A stretch of 64,000 bases of DNA, taken from Thermoguttaceae bacterium. GTDB taxonomy: Bacteria > Planctomycetota > Planctomycetia > Pirellulales > Thermoguttaceae. Both the position numbers and the translations under genes were made by a program. Positions 28,201 through 35,836 of this stretch are shown piece by piece. The DNA lies in assembly GCA_028695965.1 (NCBI GenBank), contig JAQVHZ010000002.1:24001-88000 (forward strand). Direction: 5' to 3'. Position 1 is the stretch's first letter, and the number at the start of each line of letters is the position of its first letter. The notes beneath the pieces were generated by a model, which worked only from the letters and a program-made list of their open reading frames with translations, ran no database searches and had not been told where the DNA came from.

Positions 28201-30819
28201 TGGCGCTTCATTGTCGTTAATCTGATTAACAGCTGTTCGAGCTGTTTCTAGAAGCGTTTCCAAAGACGAGACAACCTCATTATGGTTCTTTGCCAACAAG
28301 TCGAGGAGCGTCTCTGATAAAATTTCCTCGCATTGGAACTTCAGTTTCTGCGCCGTTTGGTTTGCGGAAAGCGCCTCGTCCCATTGCGAATCGATTCCAT
28401 TATAATAGGAGTCGAGCGAGTCTGACAGTGCAGCTCTATTTTCCTCAAACCAAGCAACTTGATCGTGATAATCCTTTAAAGTGAATAAGAGGTCAGCCGC
28501 AATTTCATCGCCATAGTTGCTGACGATCTTTCTTGAGAGACCTTTGATTGTTTTTACGTCCTTTCTGTACTGTGACTTGAAGATTTTAAAAAAGCTTGTG
28601 TGATCGGTTTTGTATCTCAGAAGCATGGGCGCGTAATCCAACTGTAACGCGTCAGGCTCCCATTTTTCAAGGATTCGATTTTTTATTTTATGCAACTGAG
28701 TCGCTTTACTACGGGCTTCTTTAAGAAGCTCTTCATGTTTGTTTAAATTAATGGCAAACCAATTCTTAGGGATAATGTCATTTTTTTTAATCAGTTTTAG
28801 AAGCTGGTCTATTTTTTGCAGTTCGACAATATTGACAGACACATCAACGCCGAGCAACTTGTTGATGGAATTAACAGCTGATATTGCTTGAACTAACGCT
28901 TCTCGAAGACTTGAAAAAATCTTGTATAAAGGACTTTGGTATGCGATAAAGAAATCGGGCGAATCCTTCTTGATATACGGCATAGCAAGGAATTCATTTG
29001 CTACGGACAGAATCTTTTCTTTCCAACCATTATAATCAAACGTATAAATTCCAGAGTTAAAGACCTCGGCAATTTTATTTTCAAAAGCGGTCAGTTTTTG
29101 GTACCTTGTCCTGAGCGCCTGAACTTCCTCAGGAAGCAGAGCAAGGTTCTTTTCATCGAGCCAATGATTAGGTATCTTTGGCAGTTCGTAAACAAGGTCT
29201 ATGAACTGTGTCAAGTTGGGAATGTCCCGGTATTTCAACGTACTCGGCAGTTCAGGACATTCCTTAATTTCCTCTAAGTGAGTTAGGATGGCGTCGATCA
29301 TATTTTGCGAGGAACTTAGCTTCTGCTGTATCGTTTCAGCATATTGATATTCAGTGGAATAAGAGTGTAGCCCTTGCCAGGGGTGGTTGTGAAAGTTGCA
29401 GTTTATTCTCTGAGCGGCATATTCATAGTTCTTTATCCTGTCGAGGTAAGTTCGTAATTGAGATTGCGTTACATTTAACGGCTTTTCCAAATCAAAGACA
29501 ATGAAAGGCGCGCCGTTGACTTCTTTCAATTTGCTGTATAAGTCATAACAACTGAGATTGATTTTAGGAATTACCTTATGCAACTCCTCTACGTACTGAT
29601 TTAGCTGCTCGCGAATGGTCTGCAGCTCTTCGAGATTGCTAAGCGCGTGATCTTTCACACTAATTTGTTTGAGGTCGAGATTTGCAGTAATGAGCTCAAT
29701 GACTTCTCTCTTCTTTGCCTTATGGCTGTGAAGAGGCAAGCAGAAATCAGCCAAATGAGCCTCCTGCAACCTGCGGTAAACAACTTGCAGCGCCGCCATT
29801 TTTTCCGATACAAACAGAATCTTTTTCTTATCTGCTAAGGCTTCGGCGATAATGTTGGTGATCGTTTGGCTTTTACCAGTACCCGGCGGTCCCTGCATTA
29901 CAAAACTAATGTTGTTTTTCGAGTAAAGAATCGCGTCCTGCTGGCTGGAGTCAGCGTTCATTACTTGATAACAATCGGTCGGCTTTATTGCGTCTAGATC
30001 GAATGTTCGCAGTTTGTCGGGCACTTTGTTTACCTTGTTGACGTCGCCAGACAATGCTCTAATTACCGGATTATTCTTGATGCGATTCTCGTTTTGCTTT
30101 AAATCGTTGTACATAGCGATTTTAAGAAAAGAGAGCAGACCGAGGCTAACTTCTTTTAGAATACGCCAACCTTGTTGTTTTGCAATTTCCTCGAGGGTTT
30201 CAAAATAATTGCTCAGGGAGTCTTTGTCTGAGTCATAATTAGGCAGGTCAATACCGAATTCAGTTTTAAGATAATGTTGAAGCGTGGGATTGACGACAAT
30301 GTCGTCTTCATATTTTGAAATAGCATATGGCGAGTTTAATGTCTCAAGGGTCAGTGTTGTCGGCACAAGAACTAGCGGCGCCTTGCGCAACTGAGCCGTC
30401 GAACCTTTTCCGTCTTGCCACTCAATAAAACCAAAAGAAATGTATAGGGCATTAACGCCTTGTTCTTCAAGGGAAAGGCGAGCTTTCTGACGGAGGTTTT
30501 TTAAGGTTTTTTGTCGTTCTAGAATGCTTCCTTCGGCCTTGATATCGCCGATGGCGACGGGTAGCGGAACCGACAGATTTTCGAGCAGAGAAAGAATAGA
30601 GAATACGCGCACGTCCGTTTCTCTATCGACAACTCGTTGGAACGTAAGAGTTTCTTCTTCTATTGCTAGTCTTCGGTACAGCTCTTCGAAAGACGGCTCT
30701 ACTAATTTCAAAGTAGACCTTTTCGTCTCTCGGTAGTTGATCATTCTGTTGCGTTTGCCGAGATCAAGAAGCTGATGTTCCCAGTGTTCAAATTTTTTGT
30801 TTAACAATGCAGAAGACAT
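25285..30819 (-). CDS. DUF4011-like / Upf1-DNA2-like SF1 helicase (AAA_11 + AAA_12 type) fused to a Vsr/DUF559-like endonuclease fold and a DUF3320-like tail
   Basis: 1844 aa. N-terminal 'WEHQLLDLGKRNRMINYRE'. Walker A MQGPPGTGKSQT (aa 308-319, nt 29869-29892 for GPPGTGKS). Walker B VIFDEASQ (DEAS at nt 27169-27180). Also VIAGDSKQLPPT, 'GDERDVVFFS' and 'RRLNVAITRAK'. Nuclease fold 'GYKVHTEVGCSDYKIDIAV...IAGIECDG...GWNLYRVWSTEW' (about nt 26005-26262). Family names are from memory of the signatures, not from a search. Confidence 0.9.
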   Translation of the reverse strand: MSSALLNKKFEHWEHQLLDLGKRNRMINYRETKRSTLKLVEPSFEELYRRLAIEEETLTFQRVVDRETDVRVFSILSLLENLSVPLPVAIGDIKAEGSILERQKTLKNLRQKARLSLEEQGVNALYISFGFIEWQDGKGSTAQLRKAPLVLVPTTLTLETLNSPYAISKYEDDIVVNPTLQHYLKTEFGIDLPNYDSDKDSLSNYFETLEEIAKQQGWRILKEVSLGLLSFLKIAMYNDLKQNENRIKNNPVIRALSGDVNKVNKVPDKLRTFDLDAIKPTDCYQVMNADSSQQDAILYSKNNISFVMQGPPGTGKSQTITNIIAEALADKKKILFVSEKMAALQVVYRRLQEAHLADFCLPLHSHKAKKREVIELITANLDLKQISVKDHALSNLEELQTIREQLNQYVEELHKVIPKINLSCYDLYSKLKEVNGAPFIVFDLEKPLNVTQSQLRTYLDRIKNYEYAAQRINCNFHNHPWQGLHSYSTEYQYAETIQQKLSSSQNMIDAILTHLEEIKECPELPSTLKYRDIPNLTQFIDLVYELPKIPNHWLDEKNLALLPEEVQALRTRYQKLTAFENKIAEVFNSGIYTFDYNGWKEKILSVANEFLAMPYIKKDSPDFFIAYQSPLYKIFSSLREALVQAISAVNSINKLLGVDVSVNIVELQKIDQLLKLIKKNDIIPKNWFAINLNKHEELLKEARSKATQLHKIKNRILEKWEPDALQLDYAPMLLRYKTDHTSFFKIFKSQYRKDVKTIKGLSRKIVSNYGDEIAADLLFTLKDYHDQVAWFEENRAALSDSLDSYYNGIDSQWDEALSANQTAQKLKFQCEEILSETLLDLLAKNHNEVVSSLETLLETARTAVNQINDNEAPLSVDAEFDAQEALANVEVYLTRLNLVKEQAYELKPYLMDNKTDIRSVYKTISYLNAHRQLSKELDDDAETNAQRFGEFFENRQTDWNNILSLLRQTSHILENRTHGFLDALINVDVSRKQEIKKIADEISKLYHQAGTTLQWISSQLTQSQFNQDARLAAISQEVKNYIEALPMLDDWIAYQEAKKECCADNLQDFIKKIEATGRCNEIEKIFLKRYYTLCLGAARDEFASVRRFGRNTHDERIKRFIELDNFQLATAQMRIREMLIDKLPSAHQLLRATDEVAILKKELNKKRNVMPLRRLFRLIPNLLLTLKPCLMMSPLSVSHFLEAEAYHFDLVIFDEASQIFPEDAIGAIFRGSQVVIAGDSKQLPPTNFFRASANNFDSEYDGSDEDDEDLYYDVVSDSILEEAAAALPNRSLLWHYRSKHENLIAFSNREMYGNKLITFPNSLANVPNMGVEYVYVEDGYYEGGGKNCNIKEAQKCLELLLEHIQERPDRSLGIIAFSEKQQAVIENVILDFRKQNPQYEWFFDEAKEEPFFVKNLENVQGDERDVVFFSIGYAKDQQGKMYMRFGPLSHEGGERRLNVAITRAKCNVKLIGSILPSDVDLNRTNSQGVQMLRSYIEFAQQGASALRPTDKEKTFDTTDDFCKIIVAFLEKNGYKVHTEVGCSDYKIDIAVVNPKVDGEYIAGIECDGPAYFQAKTARDRDNLRSTILQNMGWNLYRVWSTEWACKPETERQALLNYLRSVVGKDGRIKRNVKYSNEETAAIPVEQIATESVQSQLESATNPYDFTYYVETDWRQAPSSNSINEVERVSQLILYVVSAEQPIHTDLLYERVRPSITGVKAKQRVKNYIKQAITLKLKGKVKIDDEQFVRLSPEKPAVARIPRPYDIPRPIEYIHREEIAAAMLRIVEHSFGITTDNLSAECTRAFGFERRGPKIKTKMDDAMDFLIKTKKIKIINDKVQIVNNK

Positions 30820-31237
30820 AATTCCCTTGCTCTATTTCAGCGTTTTATCGACAGGCTCTTTTTTGCCCTGACGCTATTTTTGCCCTTTGTCGTTTGCATA
30901 CTTTGGCGGGTGGAAAATCGCTTTGTTGCGGTTCCGTTGACTCATCATATGGCTTGTCTAGTTTGCAACCTATTTTAGAACTCGCTTTTTATGTTTTTGT
31001 TTGCAATAAACGTAACATTTTCGTATGCGTGAACCATACTTATTTCAGAATTTCGGTATGATTGCAACAGTCCAGTATGTATTATAACGCATTGAGGTTG
31101 GAAACATAGGGGTTGTTCTAAAAAAAATCTGGCTTAATCTTTGAAAAATCTTACCAGAAAAAGAAAGTGGGAGGCGAGGGGATTTGACTTTTGCTCAAAG
31201 CGCAAGGATTATCAACAAATTTCGAGATTACTTATAT

Positions 31238-31275
31238 GTTTGCCAACGCTTGTTTTTTGCAGGCGCGTTTGGTAT
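31238..31275. repeat. right copy of the 38-bp direct repeat
   Basis: gtttgCcaacgcttgttttttgcaggcgcgtttggtat. See 24326-24363. Confidence 0.9.
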
Positions 31276-31278
31276 GAT
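31250..31278 (+). promoter_or_regulatory. sigma70-like promoter candidate for the 31371 gene, mostly inside the direct repeat
   Basis: TTGTTT (31250-31255), 17-nt spacer, TATGAT (31273-31278). The -35 element and spacer lie within the repeat. The left copy has TTGTTT-17-TATAGA. Confidence 0.4.
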
Positions 31279-31370
31279 ATAAACGCCATCGAGTCTGCGC
31301 TTGGCGTTTTGTTGCGGCGCGCGGTATTTTGGACGGTTGGGTTAATCCGCAGAGAATTGACGGGTTAGAA

Positions 31371-32801
31371 ATGGAGGATCAAGTGCGACGTTACTCTTTG
31401 TTTTTCACACTGGCGGTTGTGTTTTTTGCCGCAGCTTCTTCGGCGTCTGTTGCGGAAGAATTTCCGAGCCTTACTTTTGAGAAAGGCGGCAAGACGTATC
31501 GTATCGAGGTGGGGGAAGAGCGCGTGATTGTGCGCGGGATCCGGCCGGAAGAACAGCTTTGGGGGCCGTATCAGTTCCCGAGACCTTACGACCTTGGAGA
31601 TCGATTTGTCGTCGGCGTGCATATAACAGAAGACAATATCGCCACTTATGGCGCGAAGAACCGCTGGTTCGAGAGCCGCGACCAAGGACTGACGTGGCAG
31701 GAGGTCGACGAGAGCATAAGGCCGGAGTGCGGGGTTCCGCTTGCTAACGGGGACAAATTGTTCTTTCCGACAGAAAACGCCGTCGACGTTTCCGACTACT
31801 TGATTCGTTCCTTCGAACGTCGGCTTCCGAATTACGACTACACGAAGAAAGCGGAGCCGGGGACCTTTCCTATTCCCGACGGCGTAACGTGTTGGATGGG
31901 CGGGACGACGATCTATGCGTATAACGCGGATCGTCTTCCGGCTCCTTTTGACAAGAAAGTCTGGCGCGCGAAATTACTTCGCGCGGGCGAAAAAGAGGCG
32001 GTCGACGTCGAGGTTCCGGTCGACTGGCCCTGCCTCACTCGAGTCGTCCATATGTACGGTTCTCAACGCGTCTTGAAATCGATTTTTCCGCGCGGCAACT
32101 TAAAGCGCGGGGCTGACGGCGCGCTCTGGATCAGCGCGTTTTCCGGAGAAGGGCATATCGACCCGTCTAACGGTCAGTACTCCCCTTATTACTCCGCCGA
32201 GCTCTTCCGTTCTGCGGACGAAGGGAAGTCGTTTCAACGGGTCGCGCATATGGAATACCCCGCAGACGGACAGTATTATCCCTATGCGAGCGGGGGATTC
32301 AGCGACAGCGATTTTGAATTCATGCCCGACGGTTCGATCGTCTGGTTCTTCCGGTCGAATTGGTACGGCTCGACTGGCGAAGAATGGTCGCCGATGTACT
32401 TTACGCGCTCGACCGATATGGGCAAAACATGGGCCAAGCCGACCCGGTTCGCGCCCGTGGGCACGCTGCCGCGGCTCTGCAATTTGAAGGGCGGTTTTAC
32501 GCTCGTTTGTTACGCGCGACCGGGGATGTTCGTTCAGGTCTGCACGGACGATTCTGGGATTGAATGGAGCGAGCCGCTGGAACTCATGACCCCGGGAGAT
32601 CGGAGCCATTTGGCGAATAAAGTCGAAGAGTCGCCGAGATTTCACGATTGGGACGGCGCGTGCAATAATCCGGAATTGCTCCCGCTCGACGATAATTCCG
32701 CGCTCTTTTTCTACAGCGATTTCTATTATCCCGACGAAGAAGGCGTCAAGCGCAAGACGATCCTTTGCAGAACCTTGACGATTACGGAAGTTGAGAAATA
32801 G
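31371..32801 (+). CDS. secreted Asp-box (BNR) sialidase-superfamily beta-propeller protein
   Basis: Start ATG at 31371 (MEDQVRRYSLFFTLAVVFFAAASSASVAEE, a signal peptide); the ORF-track start at 31329 is a TTG. Asp-boxes SRDQGLTW, SADEGKSF and STDMGKTW. Confidence 0.8.
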   Translation: MEDQVRRYSLFFTLAVVFFAAASSASVAEEFPSLTFEKGGKTYRIEVGEERVIVRGIRPEEQLWGPYQFPRPYDLGDRFVVGVHITEDNIATYGAKNRWFESRDQGLTWQEVDESIRPECGVPLANGDKLFFPTENAVDVSDYLIRSFERRLPNYDYTKKAEPGTFPIPDGVTCWMGGTTIYAYNADRLPAPFDKKVWRAKLLRAGEKEAVDVEVPVDWPCLTRVVHMYGSQRVLKSIFPRGNLKRGADGALWISAFSGEGHIDPSNGQYSPYYSAELFRSADEGKSFQRVAHMEYPADGQYYPYASGGFSDSDFEFMPDGSIVWFFRSNWYGSTGEEWSPMYFTRSTDMGKTWAKPTRFAPVGTLPRLCNLKGGFTLVCYARPGMFVQVCTDDSGIEWSEPLELMTPGDRSHLANKVEESPRFHDWDGACNNPELLPLDDNSALFFYSDFYYPDEEGVKRKTILCRTLTITEVEK

Positions 32802-32870
32802 GACGTCCGGTTTTGAGGGAACGCGAAAGCTGCTTGGAAACTTGGACAATTATTATTGGAGAAGTCAACG

Positions 32871-34580
32871 ATGAAACGAACGGCGTTTTTTTTCGCGGCA
32901 GTCCTTTGGAGCGCCGCTTCTTTGCTTTTGGCGTCGGAGCCCTTGAACCTAAGCTTTGAGTTTTCAGGCGTTTCCCCCGAACAAGGCGAAATTGTCGAAC
33001 AGATTGTCGAACAGCGTCTTTCCGAACGCAGCGCCGGCGGCGAACTTCACGCGTCCTACGCGGTCGACGCCAGCTTTGACGCCGAGGAGTATTCCGTCGA
33101 AACGAACGGTTCGACGGCGACCCTTCGGGCGGGCTCCTTTCCCGGCTTGATTTTTGCAACGGGCAAGCTGCTTCGCTCGATCAATTACGCGCCCGATTCT
33201 TTTACGATCCCGGAGTTTTCGTTCCGCGAAAAACCGTCTGCTTCTTTTCGCTGCTGTTACTTTGCGCGTCATTTCCATAATTGGTACCATATGGCGACCG
33301 ACGAAGAACTTGAGCGTTACGTTGAAGATCTTGCGTTGTGGGGTTTCAACACAATTGCAACGATCCAGATTCCGCTGGTTAATTTGAACCTTGACCCGGA
33401 AACAGAAGAATGGCGTCATGCAGTTAAGGGCGTGAAGACGATTAGAGCCGCCTCTAAGAGGTTGGGACTTTCTTTTGTCGCGTTAGACTGCGTCAATCAG
33501 GCTCCGCGGGATATTCCAGAAGAGCTTATAGCGACCCCCAATATCGATCCCAAGCGCGGCAACAACGGCTGGAACGCCTGCCTTTCTAAGCCGGGCGGTC
33601 TCGAATATATGGACCGAGTAATTCGCGCGTCCTTCGGTTCTTTTGTGGGCGCGCAGGCGGATTACACGTGTTGGTGGCCTTTTGACGAAGGGGGCTGCGA
33701 ATGCGAGGGATGCGGACCTTGGGCGGTCAACGGCTTTTTGAAACACGTCGCCCGCTACTCGAAGCTCGTCAACGACGAATTTGCGCCGGATCAGAAATTC
33801 ATCGTGTCGACGTGGACTTACCACGAAGACGAATTTGAAGCGGTCTGGGAATGGGGCAAAGATCATCCGGAAGTGAAGTACGTCTTAGCGGACGCGCACG
33901 GCGATTTCCCGAAATATCCGCTTGAACGTCCGCTGCCGGAAGGATATGCGCTCGTCACTTTTCCGGAGATCAGCATGCAGGGCCGATTCCCTTGGGGCGG
34001 CTACGGCGCTACCCCTCAGCCTCGGCGCTTTACGGAACTTTGGGAACAAGTTCGCGGCCATGTCGACGGCTGTATGCTCTATTCCGAGGGACTGTTTGAA
34101 GATATTAACAAGATTATTGAATCGGGGTTCTATTTCCGAGACGAAAAAGCAGAAGATTCTCTGCGCGAGTATGCGCAGTACGAGCTGGCAGGCTGCGATC
34201 CGGAAGATTTTGTCAAGTTGTGCCGCAACTTAGAGGCGATTCTTATTTTACGCGAGCAGAACCCCGAATATGCCGCCGCCGCGCTTGACGCGATGAAGTT
34301 GGCGGTCAAGATCGACTCGGAAATTCTTCCGTCCCTTCGAAACGCATGGCGATGGCGTCAGTTCTACTGCCGCTGTCTGCTGGAGTACGAACGCAACGTT
34401 CGCGGCAACGAAAACACGCAGACGTATGTCGACGCGATCCTCGAATTGCAACATATGTATCATTCCGATCTCTTCCCGGAAGGCGTTGTCGACGAGATGC
34501 ACGGGTGTACGACTCCCGTTCTGCCGCAGGGCGAAATCGGAGTTTACCCGCAGCCGGAGGAGGAAATTCAAGAGCGTTAG
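32871..34580 (+). CDS. secreted glycoside-hydrolase-like protein (GH20/GH67/DUF4838-like N-domain plus TIM-barrel-like region), function uncertain
   Basis: ATG at 32871 lies 9 nt after GGAG (the ORF-track start at 32856 is a TTG). Signal peptide MKRTAFFFAAVLWSAASLLLASE. 'LRAGSFPGLIFATGKLLRSI' followed by 'FRCCYFARHFHNWY...DLALWGFNTI' resembles the N-domain/TIM junction of those families. The functional call is weak. Confidence 0.7.
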   Translation: MKRTAFFFAAVLWSAASLLLASEPLNLSFEFSGVSPEQGEIVEQIVEQRLSERSAGGELHASYAVDASFDAEEYSVETNGSTATLRAGSFPGLIFATGKLLRSINYAPDSFTIPEFSFREKPSASFRCCYFARHFHNWYHMATDEELERYVEDLALWGFNTIATIQIPLVNLNLDPETEEWRHAVKGVKTIRAASKRLGLSFVALDCVNQAPRDIPEELIATPNIDPKRGNNGWNACLSKPGGLEYMDRVIRASFGSFVGAQADYTCWWPFDEGGCECEGCGPWAVNGFLKHVARYSKLVNDEFAPDQKFIVSTWTYHEDEFEAVWEWGKDHPEVKYVLADAHGDFPKYPLERPLPEGYALVTFPEISMQGRFPWGGYGATPQPRRFTELWEQVRGHVDGCMLYSEGLFEDINKIIESGFYFRDEKAEDSLREYAQYELAGCDPEDFVKLCRNLEAILILREQNPEYAAAALDAMKLAVKIDSEILPSLRNAWRWRQFYCRCLLEYERNVRGNENTQTYVDAILELQHMYHSDLFPEGVVDEMHGCTTPVLPQGEIGVYPQPEEEIQER

Positions 34581-34582
34581 TT

Positions 34583-35668
34583 TTAATAAGTTGCCGAAGA
34601 GGTTCCGTACGGCGAAACAGCGATCGGCGCGTCGTTGGGCAGCGGACGCATCGCCATTTGGTATTTGAGCGAGAAGAGCAGCTTCTTCACATCGCGCAAG
34701 TACTGAAACGAATCGGGATAGACGAAAATCGTTATCGTCGTGTCGCCGCGATTATATTTCAGCAGTTTCTGAGAGAATTCGGAGTCTTTGCTTGCAAGCG
34801 CGACGTCAACCGGCTCGCCCACTTCGTCGTTCAGCGGGATGCATTCGCCGTACCGGAGCTGCATATAGTAGGTAACGCCGTCGGCGTCCCTTGAGGAATC
34901 TAGGTCGACGATATAGTGAAAATTAAAATTTTCGACAGGTCCGATCCTTTCGTCGATCGTCTTCTTCGTGAGGTCGCCGCGAAAGTTTTTGAAGGAGAGC
35001 CTTAGCCGCTCTTGAAATTCGTTGAGCGGCACGTGCGCAATCCTTCCGTTTTTCAGCTGGAAGAACCCTTCGCGCCCGTCGACGCGTTTGGAAATAGGGG
35101 TCGGAACGTTTTCGAGGACGGTCGCTTTGGGGCGCGCCGCTTGCAGGGCTTCTTTTTCTTTCTGCAGGTCGGCGAGTTTCTTTTCTTTTTCGAAAATCTC
35201 GCTTTTCATATCGAACGCGAGCTGTTCGGAGTCGGCGCGCGACTTCGCCTCTATTTTAAGCGCGGCGTCGATCTCAGCAGACGCGGCTAGAAGCGCGCGG
35301 TATTCCTGTTCGGCGGCGTCCGCTTGTCGTTCGAGCAGAAGCTGCTGTTCTTTGTAATCTTCCGCTTCGACTCGCGTCTTTTCAAGGTTCATTCTCGCTT
35401 TGCCGAGCGCTTCGACGGCGGCGACATATTCCGCTTTACGCGTCTGCTCCTCTTGGTCTTCGAGCGCGACTTCCGGCGTTTCGTCCGCCGCTTGCGCGAT
35501 CTTCATTTCGGACGCCGCGTCGTGAACGCGGTTTCCGGCGATCATGACCAAGATGATGAGAATACCGACAAGATTCGAAACGACGTCCAAGAACGAATCT
35601 TGTCCGTCGTCGATCGTTTCTTCCACCCTTGGGCGGCGTCGGTATACTAAGCGTCGTCGTTTTCTCAT
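34583..35668 (-). CDS. membrane-anchored coiled-coil protein, function unknown
   Basis: Preferred start is MRKRRRLVYRRRPRVEE at 35668. TM helix VVSNLVGILIILVMIAGN is followed by a ~150-aa E/A/K/Q-rich heptad-like region and a globular C-terminus. Confidence 0.7.
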   Translation of the reverse strand: MRKRRRLVYRRRPRVEETIDDGQDSFLDVVSNLVGILIILVMIAGNRVHDAASEMKIAQAADETPEVALEDQEEQTRKAEYVAAVEALGKARMNLEKTRVEAEDYKEQQLLLERQADAAEQEYRALLAASAEIDAALKIEAKSRADSEQLAFDMKSEIFEKEKKLADLQKEKEALQAARPKATVLENVPTPISKRVDGREGFFQLKNGRIAHVPLNEFQERLRLSFKNFRGDLTKKTIDERIGPVENFNFHYIVDLDSSRDADGVTYYMQLRYGECIPLNDEVGEPVDVALASKDSEFSQKLLKYNRGDTTITIFVYPDSFQYLRDVKKLLFSLKYQMAMRPLPNDAPIAVSPYGTSSATY

Positions 35669-35761
35669 CGGTCCAACCTTGTGAACTGGCGCAATGTCTT
35701 GATTCTCGCTTATTGTCAAGACCTCAGCGAATATTAACAAAGCGCCCTTTTTGGCGCAAGG

Positions 35762-35790
35762 TTGATTTTCCAGGCGGCAAGCGATATAAT
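35762..35790 (+). promoter_or_regulatory. sigma70-like promoter candidate
   Basis: TTGATT, 17-nt spacer, TATAAT (perfect -10), ~45 nt upstream of the ATG at 35837. Confidence 0.55.
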
Positions 35791-35836
35791 ACAGCGCAGT
35801 CGACCGAACCAAACCAGTTAGAAAAGAGGATTGACG

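Larger units (their letters stand above)
24326..31275. mobile_element. AT-rich genomic islet bounded by 38-bp direct repeats (att-like); no recombinase gene visible
   Basis: Hand counts of G+C per 60-nt line: inside the islet 17, 25, 17, 29 (lines 25321, 28801, 27601, 30001); in the flanks 35 and 39 (lines 23401, 32401). The islet genes use AT-rich codons. It sits between the kdsA promoter and the promoter of the 31371 gene. How it moved is unknown. Confidence 0.55.

Noticed and set aside
24326-31275. Prophage, IS element or integrative conjugative element
   Set aside because: There are no integrase, transposase, capsid, terminase or conjugation genes and no terminal inverted repeats. Only two genes are present. 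I kept it as an islet of unknown mobility rather than a named element class.
31329-31370. TTG start extending the BNR gene upstream
   Set aside because: The ATG at 31371 gives a canonical signal peptide. The extension adds no recognisable feature.
32100-32849. 249-aa minus-strand ORF inside the BNR gene
   Set aside because: Shadow ORF. The plus frame contains the Asp-box motifs and a signal peptide.
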